A DNA stretch of 63,894 nt, filler included, from Dirinaria sp. TL-2023a (Eukaryota): assembly GCA_051941275.1 (NCBI GenBank). It is 3 parts of 3 records of this genome, joined end to end, with 100 filler letters (N's around TTAATTAATTAA, not from the genome) between each part and the next. Parts side by side here need not be neighbours in the genome. Positions count along the whole stretch, not along the records: positions 1 to 21,530 come from JAVEBF010000255.1; 2 more parts are not named here. One strand, written 5' to 3'. Shown here piece by piece: positions 1-13,220 of this stretch (the first letter of the stretch is position 1; the number at the start of each line of letters is the position of its first letter). Position numbers and translations under genes: made by a program. The notes below the pieces were generated by a model. It was given only the letters and a program-made list of their open reading frames with translations, ran no database searches and was not told the origin of the DNA.

Positions 1-219
1 AAGGTACACCTACATTCTTGAAACGCTTCCATTTGTCTAAAGTTATAATTATTGGAAGTGGCACATCGCTGGATCGCTGAATGGACAATTGAGCAGACCG
101 AGAAACGCTAACGCCGGAAATGTTCAATCGCTGAAAGTCCCAACACCAGAGAAGACTTCACTTGAACCCCAACACCCAAGCTTGCTGGCTGGTTTGCTCG
201 CTCGCTGCGCCGCCAGAAG

Positions 220-3200
220 TCAGCCTAAAGCTTCTCTTAGGAACCTGCTTAGATTGTCGACAAGAGGAGCTCTCATCATGCTGAAATGGTTTCCTGTCAT
301 GCTTCTGCAATGTATCTTGTCCTTGTCTAGATATTCATCCCACAGGTTTGGGCCAAAGTCGGTTCTGTTCTCTAGAAGCCATTGGGCGTGGCCGTACGGG
401 TAAGGGTCCGGCCGAGGGTCCTCGGGGTATTTGCAGACCCCGTCTTCACACCAGATGGCGAAAACCTTTGGCGTCTTACCTGGAGGTATTTTCTTCGTTT
501 GATACGTGGACAGCGCCGTGACAGAAGCTGCGAAGTGAGGAAGCAACCATGGAGGTAACTTGTCAAGCGCACCGTCTCCTTCGCCAAGCAGGCCAATTGA
601 TCCGAACCAACGGTGCAGTGAGCTTGGAAGAGGCTCAATAATCAGTGGGCATGGGGTATCGATCAGAGCCAGCAGGTCTACTTTGTCACCGGCCTCGATC
701 AGTTGACGGACGGTCTCATACGAAATGACGCCACCAGCTGACCAGCCTCCAATGCTGTAAGGTCCTTGTGGCTGGCGTCGTCTGATCTCTTCGATGAAGT
801 AAGTGGCCATGCCCACGACACCACAGTCGTACTCCTCCGGCGTTTTCATGAACGGTGAATTCAGACCGTACACCGCGACATCCTTACCGATGTCTGGCAT
901 GAAGATATAAGAGGTGGCCGAGCCACTGCCGTCGGGGATCAACCAAAGCGTCTTGGTTGCGACTTTGGGCATCCCTTGGAGTAACACAGAAGTTGCATGG
1001 CGCTGCGGTTTTTTGACAGGAACGCTGATCTTTGCAGGTGTCTCGATAATAACCGGTTCCTTCACGGGCAAAGGTTTCGGTAAGGACTTTACCGGACCGA
1101 TGTGCAATGTCTTCTCAATAGCCTTGATCGAATTATTGTCAATCAAGAAATCGGCCGGTAGCGACAGCCCAGTCTTCTCTCGGAGCTCGCCGAGGATGGT
1201 CAAGCTCATTAGCGAATCCATTCCGAGAGAGCTTAGATCTCCAGCGGCTAAGAGCTCTGAGATGTCAACGCCCATCTCAGAAGAGATAACGTTCCTAATA
1301 ATAGCCGACAAATCCTCGGATTCGGACGGCGAACCTGGCGAAGTGGGCGTCGACAAGGTGTCGGATTGAGATGAGCTATCACTCAAGTCGAGGTTTGGCG
1401 TAATGCTACCATCGCTCTCAACGAGCACATCCATACAGTCGGACGAGTCGTACTGATTCATGTATCTCTTCAAATCCCCCACCGTGGGTTGGTCGGTAAA
1501 AAGAGATGATGGCACCTCAATCTCGAGTTCTTCTCGAATTCTGCCAGTTATTGACAAGGACATCAGAGAATCGACACCGATGTCAGCAAATTCGATAGCG
1601 TCCGCGAGTTCGCCTTGGGGCATTCCGACCTCTCCCGCAATAATATCGAGCGTCCTGAAAGTCACTGAAGGACCAGTCTTCGGAAGTGCAGTTACCTTAA
1701 TCGCTGCCTTCTTGGTGGGCTTAGGAGCTGCCGTGACTGGAACCGAGGAACTGGGCTTTACAGCAGAAGCGCTTTTTGCGGCAGCCGCGGCAGCGCCTTT
1801 TGGTGGCAGGAAAGTGTTGAGTAGCTGCCGAGGAATGCACTGGAATTTCAGAGCACCGACCATGCCAATGATTCTATCTCCTTCGAAGACATAGACGTCG
1901 CCGGCCATCATGTTGCCACCGGCTGGTTGCATCTTGACGTAGGAACGGTAAGTCTTGCTGGCTGAAAGAGGCTCGGCGAAACGCATCGACTCCCAGCCAT
2001 GAGAGATATAAACTTGTTTGCTCGAGTCCAGACTGTCATTTGCATTGACCACAAATCCAGCTAAGTGGGCAACGCTGTCGATCCAGTAAGGGCTGCAGAA
2101 GAAGTTACCGTCGGCTTCCGTGGTTTGAAAGCTGACATTAGACGTAGCCTCCAGCAAGGGACTGTCCAAGATAGCCTCTTCCATTCCCCTGAACTTGGAA
2201 TCGTAGTCAACAAGAGCTGAGAAGAGTTTGTACGCCATACCACGAAGCATGCGGTGTGCCTTTCCAGTCGAAGCCGAAGCCATCAAGGTTTCGATGCGGC
2301 CACGGATGAGGTACGCTGTCCTTTGCCATTCATCCAGCCACGCGGTTTCTGAGCCGAATTCAACGTGGCATTTCGCGTGCTGTACCTCTGTTTTCCCGGC
2401 ACCGCTGCTGAAGACAAGGACCGCTCGATTGACGCTAAGGTCGACGTTGGTGGACAAACGGAGGCTTTGGCCTTTACCACCTTCATTGGCTATGAAAGGC
2501 TTGAAGACCTCCATATGACAGACATTCATGCCGATGGAGTCCAGATTGGGCCGAAGAAGCTTGTAAAGATAGTTGCATACGGTCATAGCCATATCTCCAT
2601 AAATGGACGAGGGACAAAGAGCCGTGCCATTGACCAAATGACCGCTTATCGCAGCCAGCAAGTCTGGGCGTGAGACGTCCGATTCAATTACCATGGAAGC
2701 TCTATCTTGCTCCACGCTCTCAGAAATGACCTTTTGAACGGTGGTGGTTGATATACTAGGTGTGATCGCTTCTGGTAGCAATGTGAGCCCACTGACTTGG
2801 CCTTTGGTCAAATTCCAGTCTCCTGTGTACTGAATCCAATAATTTTTATTGTCGAAGGCGTAAGTAGGAAGGTCTAACATTCGTACACATTGAAGGAAGT
2901 CTCGATGGTACTCATTCCAGTCTATTACTAAACCAGCGGTATGCAAGGCAGCCAAACTGCTGGCAATGGTCCGATATGGTGCCGCATCTTTGCGCAGAGA
3001 TGGCGCCGTCAGTATCCCCTGCCCAAGTTCGGTTTTCACGAAGCTGAGGCAGACTGGATGGGGTCCTATCTCGACCCAGACCGTTTCAACATTGACCAAA
3101 CCTAGTTGTTGGGCTGCTGCAAGAGCGCCAGAGAAGTTTACCACCTCCCTAGCATGCCGACCGAGGTAACGAGCATTTATACTGTCTTCCTCGCTCAGCA

Positions 3201-6200
3201 CAGTTGCTAAGAGAGGAGAAATGATCGGAATGTCTGGCTTGTTGAATCTAACAAAGCCTGCCTTGCTTTCGAAGTCCGCCATAATGGTATCAACCTGAGA
3301 TGAGTGGAAGGCGTATGGAACGTTGAGCTTGGTGCATTTGACACCGTGGGACGCGAGTCTGTCCACAGCCTGGTCGACATCTGCAACAGTACCACTGAGA
3401 ACAGTTTCCTGAGGGCCATTGATACAAGCGACCTCGACTCCAAGGAGATCTGCAACAATATCCTGGACGTGCTTGACCGAAGATTTGGTTGCGATCATGG
3501 CATGGGAGTTGGCGGTGCACTGCTCCTCCAGGAGTCTAGCCCGCTCGCCAACTAGATAAATTGTGTCCGCGGTCGAGAGTACGCCAGACGCATTAAGAGC
3601 GGCGTATTCGCCCAGACTGTGACCCATAACCACACCAGGCTTCAAGCCCAAAGAGGTCCACAGCGCTGTCAAAGCCATCTCGATACAGCATATACCCACT
3701 TGTACCAACACTGGCTGTAGCTCCTTGGCATCGATGCTACCATTCACAAGTGGAAGGATCGACGGGAACCCCAATTCACGGCTGATATCGTCGAAGTGGA
3801 GAATGTCCGCACGGAACGAGCTCGAGTACTCATAAAGTTGCTTACCTAGAGCTGTGTAGTGCGAGCCTTGGCCAGTGTACACGAATGCAACGCTGGGCTG
3901 GACTGTTGACACTGGATCCACGGAGACGTCCAGTTTCGAGGACAGGATTTCCCGAGCCTTGGCTACACTGTCACAATTGAAAGTAATGCGGTAATTGTGC
4001 TGGATTCGGCGAGCAGTAGTAGTGTACGAAAGATCTGCTATTCTCAGTACCGGATGCGAGTCAATGTATTGAATCATGCGGGAGATATTATTCCGTAAAG
4101 CAGACTTCGATTTGGCGCAGACTGAAACGACCCATTCGGACCTTGGGTCCTCTTTTGGAGCGGGCCTCTCCGGAGCATCCTCCAGAAGCAGCGCCGTGTT
4201 ACCTCCAGCCGCGCTAAAGTTATTGACGAAGATTCTGCGGGGTGACCCGTTCCTGGAGATCAAGGGTGTCGGCTTAAACGCGATATGCACGTTCCGGGCC
4301 ATAAGATCCTGAGGGAAGCCTTGGTTGATAGTCTTCTTAATGCCGCAGTGGGGAGGTATAATGCTCTTCTGCATCATGAGCAGACACTTGATCATAGCTG
4401 TTACGCCAGAGACCGCTTCACCATGGCCAACGTTAGACTTGACGGTCCCAAGGTGGAGAGACTGAGCCCTAGTGCCTTTCCGAGACGGTGGAGCGAAGAC
4501 GTTGGTCACCGACTTCATCTCCGTGCCATCACCTGCTTGTGTTCCTGTACCATGCATCTCAACATAATTCACATCATGAGGATCGACACCGGCATCGTCC
4601 ATAACTTTCTTGAAGAGCTCCTCCTGTGTTTCAGCATGAGGATGTGTAATTGAAACAGCGTTGGAGGAATGGTTAGTCATGGTTTCTAAAATGACACCCA
4701 AGATTCTATCGTTATCTGCCTCTGCGTCCTCGAGTCGTTTTAGTATTATGGTTCCAATACCGTCGCCTCGGCAGTAGCCATCCGCATCGTTGTCATATGT
4801 CTGGCAATTGCCCGTTTTTGACAGAAATTGCCCTCGACTCAAGCCAGCGAAAATGTCAGAGTTAGTCATCACATTGAGTCCGCCAGCTACCGCAGTATCG
4901 CACTCGCCAGCCCATAGTGAAGTGCACGCAATCTGAATAGCTGCCATACTTGACGAGCACGCGGTATCGACACTGAAACTTGGTCCACTGAACTTGAAGT
5001 GGTAGTTAATTCTTCCCTGCGGCACGCGTTAGTCCAATGCCTACCATTGGCTTGATATAGCTTACTGGCGCAAATGCTCGGACACCTCCCGTGATGAAGT
5101 ACGTGTCGATATCCTGGGCGGCGTTGATTTCTCGCCAGTCATCACTCGTCTGACCGTAGAAGGTGCCGATTCGGTCTAGCTTTGTTGAAGGCGTCCTATT
5201 TGGTACATAACCTGCCATTTCAAGAGCCTCGTATGCGCTAGCTAATCCCAAACGATGCATGGGGTCGGTTTGCGTGGCCTCCCGAGGTGACATGTTGAAA
5301 AAGCGAGGGTCGAAGAGACCCGGTTCGTCGATAAAGCATCCATAAGGAGTATGGCTGGTGTTACGAACCTTGCCGTTGGCATCGTAATGCTTTCTCACAT
5401 CGAAACGGTCTGGCGGTATCTACTAACGTTAGGTTAGGCTCGCGAAATGAAGGAGTAAATCACATACCTCACGGTGAACGTCTAGACCAGCATAAAGCAA
5501 GTCCCAAAACTTCTCATGATCGGCTGCATTTGGGAATCTGCCCGCCATGCCGACAATAGCAAGCTTTGGCTTCTTTGAGCTACGCGGTGTCTGATTCAGT
5601 CGCAATGGTGACGATATATATCCCCCTCCCTCCTGGAGGATGATGTCGGCAGGCGTCTCGGAACGTAGAGCGGCGACGAGACCAGTCTCGGCCGTTGTTG
5701 GGCCGCAGCATACAACCCTACATTTCGCAACCTTTAGATCGTTGACGTACCCTGAACACCCATTCAAGACTTGAAAGAGTCTCAAAGGCTCGTTCAGAAT
5801 GTCATGAATTATCTCGGTCAAGATCTCAGTGGTCGTCATCTTTGGGCCGAACCATCGTCCCGTGCTTGTGGACATCACAGGCAGCACGGGCGAGTATCTA
5901 TCGAGAACCGCTTTGACACGGGCATTCTGGCATCCCACAACGCGCTTTGCATTGATGCCCTTATGCAGGTGCGGGGCGTGGTAAGGCGCATGGATCGGGA
6001 TCTGCATGTGATTATTCCCGATTGAGGCGAATTCGAACAACTTGCGAAGGATTGATGGCGGCCCACTAATAGTGACCGCGGTTTTGCTGACAGCGCTGAT
6101 GTATGCATGTTTGGATTTTGGGATTTTCTGAAAACCCGCTTAGCGACAACTTCACTGTCGCTGGGAAATGTAAGGGCTCTACCTTTTGCTCATGGAATTC

Positions 6201-6854
6201 CGAAATGGCAGCCTGAGCATCTTTGTCGTTAGTGCCGGTAATAATGGTAGACCAGCTAGCGATCCTGTCTTGCGAGAGCTCTAGACTCCTCGCCGAAGTC
6301 CCAGCGCATAGACCAGTCCGGAACGCAATCAGGACGACTTCGACCGCAAGTGGTACCAATGCGGGCAGCGCTGGAGCTGATGCTATTGCCGCTGCTGCCA
6401 GAGTCCCCGTACAAAATCCAACAGCGCAAGTTCGAAGAGAGGCATCGAACTGCCCATAAATGTCACCGGCGTATCTTTAGCAGCGTCAGCTATAAGTCCA
6501 AGCAGATCATTGCCGTTGTCGCACTTACTCGAAGTATTGAGCCAGTTGAGAAATACACAAAAGAGCACTATCAACGCCTGGGTGAGAATGTTGTTGTGAA
6601 GAGGTTCGATCTGCAAGCTCATCGATGCTTGAAAACGACGGAATGTATTTCCGCTCCAAAGGCGAGAGTTCGGAAAACTCTCGTTGGAGTGCAAGCGTGA
6701 TACGATCTAAAAATATACATAACAAAGGGTTTGTCCTTGCAACGATTAACTGGCTTCGAAGAAAAGCCCGTGTATCGAGAGCTTGGTCCCCAAAGAGCAG
6801 GATCCTCAGCTCGCCCGACAACTGATGGCCGGAGGGGGAAAGCTCGTCAGACAT
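220..6854 (-). CDS. Non-reducing iterative type I polyketide synthase (SAT-KS-AT-PT-ACP-ACP-TE), T4HN/melanin-synthase-like; 5 exons
   Basis: Spliced from ORFs 6525..6854, 6066..6359, 5429..6040, 5006..5398 and 220..5025. GT-AG introns read at 6475-6528, 6128-6182, 5420-5467 and 5017-5065. Motifs: SAT LLFGDQ, GFCTG and PYHAPHL; KS DTACSSS and [18 protein letters not shown] and AFHS; PT GHLVNG and DSVAHLAGF; two ACP GxDSLMSL motifs; TE GWSAGG and GNHFSMM. Confidence 0.96.
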
Positions 6855-7052
6855 GGCGGGTCCCTTTTTGGCAGGTCCCTTTGTGGCCGCTGCCCTTGTG
6901 CTTGGGCTGATACATTGAGGCGTTGGGGAGATTATATCGGTTTGAGACGTGGTCTGTTGACCGGCGTTGAATGAGGCTAGTCAGGGGGGGAGAACCAATG
7001 AATCCGCCGGGCCTTCATGTGATATTCAATATGGTCAGTATAATGCCCTAGG

Positions 7053-7252
7053 CGGATCGCCGAGATTACGGTCGCCAAAGAGACATCATGGTGGAGCACA
7101 CATGAGTCAAAATACGTGCTTGGCTTTACATATAGGTGCGGGATCCTTACCGAGACCGGGGATCCGACAAGACCTTGTTGGGCCTTGTATCGAAACCACG
7201 GAAGACGGACGGCGTAGGAGGCGAGAAGTGGCAAACGCCCACGGCTTGCCGA
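7053..7252. promoter_or_regulatory. Three same-orientation CGG-N4-CCGA sites in the PKS promoter; candidate Zn2Cys6 binding sites
   Basis: CGGATCGCCGA 7053-7063, CGGGGATCCGA 7157-7167 and CGGCTTGCCGA 7242-7252, 200-400 nt upstream of the PKS ATG. CGG triplet pairs are the canonical Zn2Cys6 target. Function is inferred. Confidence 0.45.
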
Positions 7253-9692
7253 AGGCAATAACGAAGGCAGGCACCGGATGATGGAGTCACTGTGGGATAT
7301 CAGTAACAGCGTTACCAAGGCTCCCCGTCCACCTTGACCGCCGAGCGTCCTGCCAATCAAGAGGAGCAACGAATCGCTGCTTGGCTCGAATTCACCGGTA
7401 GCTGCTTCTTGTATCTATGGGTTCGGCTGACCAAACAGAACAGGGTAGCGAAAGACGAGGAACCACGATTCCAGCAACAAGGTTTCGAGATACGCGACAA
7501 GAAAGGTCTTGTCGTCAACGGAAAAGTCATTCCGGGAACCAGACATAACTCGAGAACGGTAGGATACGAGAAATTCTCCGGCGCTGGAATCGTAATGCAC
7601 GATAAATGCAGGCAGGAGATCTATCGCGCTGTCAAGAATGCAGTGACCCGAAAATGCAGCAATGCGTGATACACAAATAACCCGACCAAATGGTCAAGAT
7701 CTATAGCGAAATCTCCTTTTGGGTGCTCGGACAAGCACCAAGACACAAACACGGAACTCTACTTGCGCTTTTTCGTCGGCGGGCAGGCTGGCCTCTAGCC
7801 CGATGCCCTAAGCCCTGCCCTGAGCATCGACATCAGGGGCAAAAATAAGAGTTGGTGTCAAGGTGTAACTGTAATGGATACGGTGTGCGGGCAGTTGTGC
7901 TAAATTGAGAATAGCGACCGCCGTCGTTCATGACCCGCATTAGTGCATAGGACTGCGTTAAAGCTGTCTTGCTTAATGATGTAACCCCATGAACGCATTT
8001 ACTGTCATGTACATGTATCTCAGCCAAGTTTTGAAATAATAATCATATTCAACATGGTCAGCGATCTCAGGACCGACGCTGGCTTGCTCAGATTTCGCCT
8101 TTCGCAGCGAGGGATGTGGCTGCATCCGGATGGATACGGCAACGAGTCAAGGAGAACCGTCCGAGCACCGTGTGGGGGTGGAAGGGGGGTGAGAGTAGAA
8201 GGAAGGGAGATATTGTATGGAAGGGGGTAGAGTACATACAGTAGACTCGATGTAGAGGTCATAGTTGGGAGGCATTCATGATCTGATAGCTGCAACGTGG
8301 GTGCAGTGGCGGTGACCGTGAGACGTGGGGAGAATCGATCTTCCCCACCGCCGTCCGTATCTCCATGGACATGGCCATGGCCATGCTCTCTCATCCCGTC
8401 AGTCAGCTTATTTTCGAGGCGGAGCGTGCGAAGGGAATGAGTTGCGGTGTGAAGGAGCTAACTAAGTTAGAAAAGTAAATGGAAGGAGAGGGAAAAATCG
8501 CCCAAGCGGGCATTACTGTAGAAGCCTAAACATGGATTCGGTTGGTTCGTTACCGAATACCGTATCGTACCTGCAACGTACCTTATTCCATCCTTAGCCC
8601 CCGTGAACGGTAATCTTACCATCAATACGCACTCCCGACCACAGCGAATAATATGAGGTTGTTCGTAGTAGGAATGGTCATTTGGGCAGGATTAGCAGGA
8701 TGAGGACATGGATGGCATGATTCGACGCAAACACGTTGGAGGATGTGATTTGCCGATATCACGAAACCTTCTTTCCCATTCCAGGCTTTCTTGCTATCGC
8801 GACCCGAACCTGATTACCTTAACTCTCTCGACAAACCCTTCCCCCCCCTGGACCCCCAGGCCCATCCCAAATGGAAGCCGGCGGCTTGATGCTCGTCATT
8901 GCTTCGATGCGCCGATTGCTGGTTCAATTTCCTGGAGGAGGCGTAGCAAGACGGAGACTCCGCGATATGCAGACGGGCACAGGTACTCTAATGCTCGGCA
9001 GTCAACGCCCACTTTCGTCTCACCTGCGTTGTACAAGCGCCATCCCGTCGAACCCAGAGAAGTCAAAAACGACAGCCTTAATGAGGTCATTGCCGACCCA
9101 GGCGAGCAAGGTAATGCAGGCCGAATGGGCTGTCACGCACAACGCAACCACGGACCACGCGCCACGGGCGATCATGGTCGATCCAGGACGGGCATTGAAG
9201 GAACAGCTTATCGCTTAAGGTCTTAGACGCAGCTGCCTCGAGCGCTGCTGGAATGGTCTCTGGCTGGCTGACGAGTACAAAAGTGTTTTAGGTTAACTCA
9301 ATCTTCATTCGACTACCTTGTACATTTAGTTATTGTTTAACAGTGAGCTGGGAATTCTCTGCGCAGCTATCCTCGGATAGTGTGGAACATTGTTGAGCGC
9401 CCATTTCCAACAGAAATCCCTACAAGAGCAAAGTCTGCGCTCCTTTGCCCGGCGTTACCTCCGGAGACCCCTGCACATTATATATACCCTCAAACCAGTG
9501 TTCGTTATTTCTGCTCGTGTTCTTCTCCATACTTCCCTAGAGCAAATCCGGGGATCCACAGGCCTCACCGTGGAACACCTTTTCGAGAGAACCCTTTCTC
9601 ACACCTTGCTCACTGTAAGCCTCTCTCTTGGCTGACAGCTTCAACCTTCTTTCTTCGAACATTCCGTGGCCAAGACATCTCTTTCAGAGCCC

Positions 9693-11078
9693 ATGGCTCC
9701 GACCTTGGGAGCGACGCCTTTTGGTGGGGGAAGTATGACCAATGCAGAAGCTGCGGCCGCGGGCATCAAGCTTCGAGAGTCGTGTGATAGTTGCTTGACC
9801 GCCAAGGTCAAGTGTAATAAAGGCCGCCCTGTCTGTCAACGTTGCCTGACAAACGGCCACGATTGTCAATACAGCCCATCGGCTCGCGCTGGGCGGAAAA
9901 ATCGCAATGGCGTCTCCAAGCCGAGCAGCAGTGCCACATCGCGCAAGAGGCCTGCTTCGATCGAGATCCCACCCAACCCTTCCAACTCCGCAAGCTCACC
10001 ATGGACACCACAACACCCGCACAATCCACATGGCCAGCCGGTACTTGACTCTAGTAACAGTGGCTCCGCCAATCAACACAATGCGCAGGTGTTCGCGAAC
10101 CATACCCCACCATTATCGCGGGAGGACCAGAGGTCCGATGCAGCGGTGGGAGAGGATAAAACAAATGTACCTGCTGCACAAATCAGTGAAAGAGATGGAT
10201 TAGACCATCAGATGCCCACACCACCATTCAATAATCCGTGGTCCGATCCTTTTTTCGGACCGCAAGCTCAGTCTGGACCTTCGACAAACTTCATGTTCCC
10301 TGGCTTCAACTCTACCACGGCTTCTCCGAGACTCAGTCTGCGGCCTACCACAGGACATGAAGAGTGGATGGTGGATGACCCCTCGTACGCGGCAGATACA
10401 TTCAGCCCCTTTGACGTGATGCCTCTTACCGAAGTGACATCATTTCACACGGATTTGTTTCAAAGGACTCCGAAGTCCGACGAACTCCCAGCACTGGATG
10501 GCCTGGCAAATAAAGCCAACCCAACACCACTACCTCAACCGGATCCGTTGAGAGAGTGCGACTGTTTCGCAGGCTGTCTTCACGCATTGCAGCAATTACA
10601 TGACAACTCCTGGTCGACACCAGCTGCCACCCAAGGCCACATACCCTTCACAGTCATCTTGGACATCAATCGAGAAGCTTTGAAGAGTTGCCTGAACATG
10701 ATGAAATGCGTCAACTGCTCCACTAAGAGTGGCAGCAGTATCTCGACCATGCTGATTGCCACCGTTCTCGGCAAAATAATATCGTTGTATCGCGTTGCCG
10801 TGAACAGCCGGGACCGATCAACGACCGAAAACCCGCTCGTTCTCGGATCCTACACAGTCACAGGGGAGGATAAGTACCTACTGGAGAACGAAATCCTGCT
10901 GGTGGAAGTCAACAAGGTCCGGAAAGCGATAAACATGTACCAAGCAACCTGTACAGCGCACGGCCCCGATTGCGAATCGAGCGGGATCTATGATCCTATA
11001 GCATTATACCTTGACAACAACCTGTCCCAAATAGTCGAGTTCTTGCAGTCACAGCGGGACCGTGCGGTCAATCAATGA
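9693..11078 (+). CDS. Zn(II)2Cys6 transcription factor, AflR-like pathway-specific regulator
   Basis: [36 protein letters not shown] binuclear cluster with the AflR-family KLRxSC start; C-terminal CxC...INREA...CxxC region like the AflR regulatory domain. First ATG at 9693, TATATA at ~9479. Divergent from the PKS. Confidence 0.9.
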   Translation: MAPTLGATPFGGGSMTNAEAAAAGIKLRESCDSCLTAKVKCNKGRPVCQRCLTNGHDCQYSPSARAGRKNRNGVSKPSSSATSRKRPASIEIPPNPSNSASSPWTPQHPHNPHGQPVLDSSNSGSANQHNAQVFANHTPPLSREDQRSDAAVGEDKTNVPAAQISERDGLDHQMPTPPFNNPWSDPFFGPQAQSGPSTNFMFPGFNSTTASPRLSLRPTTGHEEWMVDDPSYAADTFSPFDVMPLTEVTSFHTDLFQRTPKSDELPALDGLANKANPTPLPQPDPLRECDCFAGCLHALQQLHDNSWSTPAATQGHIPFTVILDINREALKSCLNMMKCVNCSTKSGSSISTMLIATVLGKIISLYRVAVNSRDRSTTENPLVLGSYTVTGEDKYLLENEILLVEVNKVRKAINMYQATCTAHGPDCESSGIYDPIALYLDNNLSQIVEFLQSQRDRAVNQ

Positions 11079-11459
11079 TGGTTAAAGCCCACGGATGAGA
11101 TGTTCAAGATCTAGACACTATAGTCGAATAGTCATTGCTGACTTTGGCAATTTACCTTTCTTTGCAAGTTATGGAGTGAACGAAGGCGCCCAGATTGGGA
11201 CACAGTGGCGATGCAGTCAAGAAGATTTTGGTCAAGCGTGGCGTTGGGGGAGTCAAGAGACATGGACAGTGTCATCAACGCAGTAATGAAGATTGCATGT
11301 TTCGTATAGGAAGATGGATAGATAAATGGTCGCGCACGAGTTTGAATTTTTGTGCAAACATCGGCAACATTAATACCTGATCCTTTGCCTTTCCAGATCC
11401 CTGATGATAGTAAACTAAAGTATCCGACCCCTTGTTCCTGTGCCTTCCTTGTCCGTTCA

Positions 11460-12346
11460 CTACTGCCCGGAGCCGCCGGAGATCTTGATGATCTCGCCTA
11501 ATCCCACGGAATTAGCGAATGGTCACGTGATGACGATGGAAATCTTCCTCGCTTGAGCTTACCGTTAACCCATCCGCCGTCATCACTGGCCAGGAATGCG
11601 ACCACCTTTGCCACATCGCGCGGTACTGCACATCTTCCCAGCGGACAATGGCTGGCCATCGCGCTTTCGATAGCCTCGGCTGACCACGATCCATCCGCTC
11701 CGGGGATGTATCTCCACGCAACCTGCGTGAACATGTCCGACTTCACTCCTCCCGGTGCAATGCCGTTGCACGTTATGCCCTTCTTGCCAAAATCCTTGGC
11801 GAAGGATTTGACGAACCCATTGATGGCTGACTTACTGCCCGAATACAAGGCGTGGTCGGCCACGCTGATCAGGCCAGCGGCGATGGAGGACATCAAGACG
11901 CAACGGCCACCCTTCTCGCAGTATTTGTATGCATGCTGGCCAACGAAGAACTGCGCGCGCGTATTCAGGCCGAACACGTGATCGTACTTCTCTTCCGAAA
12001 TGTCCTCAGTCTTGTCGAAACTTTCGGTACCGGAGTTGGAGCACACGATGTCGATCTTTCCGAAGTGGGCCTTTGCGGCATCGAATAACCTGGTAATCTC
12101 AGGAACCTTGGACACGTCCGCCTGGATCGCGACCGCTTTGCCGCCGGACTTCTCGATCTGCTCGACAATGGCGTTTGCACCATCTTTGCCTTTCACATAG
12201 TTGACGACAACGGAAGCCCCTCGCGCTCCAAGCTCGAGCGCGATTCCGGATCCGATTCCTCGACTGGCGCCTGTAACAAGAGCGACCTTACCGATCAGAT
12301 TACGGGGTGTCGAATTGACATCACCGTTGGTGCTGTGGCCGTTCAT
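11460..12346 (-). CDS. Hydroxynaphthalene reductase (SDR), most like 1,3,6,8-tetrahydroxynaphthalene reductase (BRN2/Arp2 type); 2 exons
   Basis: TGASRGIG, SNSG, LNTRAQFFV, catalytic HALYSGSK and PGGVKSDMF..AWRYIPG. Intron 11498-11562 gives the C-terminus GEIIKISGGSGQ* (TAG at 11460-11462), typical of T4HN reductases. Confidence 0.9.
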
Positions 12347-12734
12347 GGTGTTGCTCTTGGCGATCGTGCCCTGCTAAGATCTATTGTTTTGGCTGACTGA
12401 ATTTGAAATGATCACGGTACGGAGACAAGTTATCACTTCAGCCGTGACATTCTAAGCAGATTCTGATGGGGCCCTTCGTCAATTTAAGGACTATGGAAGG
12501 ACCCAATGAGCCCGACTTGCTCACCGAACACTTGCGCAAGCTGCAAGCGGCCTTCGCTGCGTCTCTCGGAAGTTCCATGGCAGGACTCCTGGTCCGGACT
12601 GTGGCCACGATTCATCATTGTAAGGAAATGGCTGAGGCACTAAATTTAACGACGCTTAACGACGCTCTGCAATATCCTTTTTCATGCTTAGTCAGCGTGG
12701 CTCGATCAGTCATGCAGCCAATCAGATGCAAGCC

Positions 12735-13054
12735 TCGTTCACCGAAGCTGGGGCTCAACGTTTTTCTGGCCTTCCCAAGTCCTTGTGTAAGACTTCAACA
12801 GATCTGGGCGACACAGTGGGTTCGGCTGCGAGAGTCAAAGCAGCTCCCATAGCGCGAATCGCCACGAAGCTTGGATAGGCTTTTACGGAACCGTGACCGG
12901 CACTGCCTGCCACCCTATCTACCTCTCCCATATTGTATGACGAGCATGTTCCTTCTTTGAGGTATCGTAGGAAGTGGAGCTCAAACAAGAACTCGGCCCC
13001 TTTCAAGCAACGCCCTTAGGCCAATAGCTGAACAGAGCAATGCTCGTTTGCCGA
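12735..13054. promoter_or_regulatory. Two AflR-type TCG-N5-CGA palindromes in the reductase/dehydratase divergent promoter
   Basis: TCGTTCACCGA 12735-12745 and TCGTTTGCCGA 13044-13054. A third, TCGCGACCCGA, lies at 8797-8807 upstream of the TF gene. They match the known AflR core TCG-N5-CGA. Confidence 0.4.
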
Positions 13055-13220
13055 ATCGCGAGCGACGCACCTTTGAAGCTATTGACATTTGAAACAGTAG
13101 TACGTGGCTGGCCTGTGCTTATGCATGATTGGGGGGAAAGGTTATATGAAATGCGTAGTTCCCTCAAGACACTGTCGCTTTGCCGGTTTTTTCTTTTGGA
13201 AAAACCACAAAGGCTACCTT

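Noticed and set aside
124..222. Stop-codon readthrough of the PKS to a peroxisomal signal (an in-frame SKL follows the TGA)
   Set aside because: The context is TGA-CTT, not the TGA-CTA readthrough motif, and SKL is internal rather than terminal in the extension.
6967..9226. Several 100-170 aa ORFs between the PKS and the TF (possible AflS/AflJ-like co-activator)
   Set aside because: No recognisable domain, several non-ATG starts and overlapping frames on both strands; consistent with promoter DNA.
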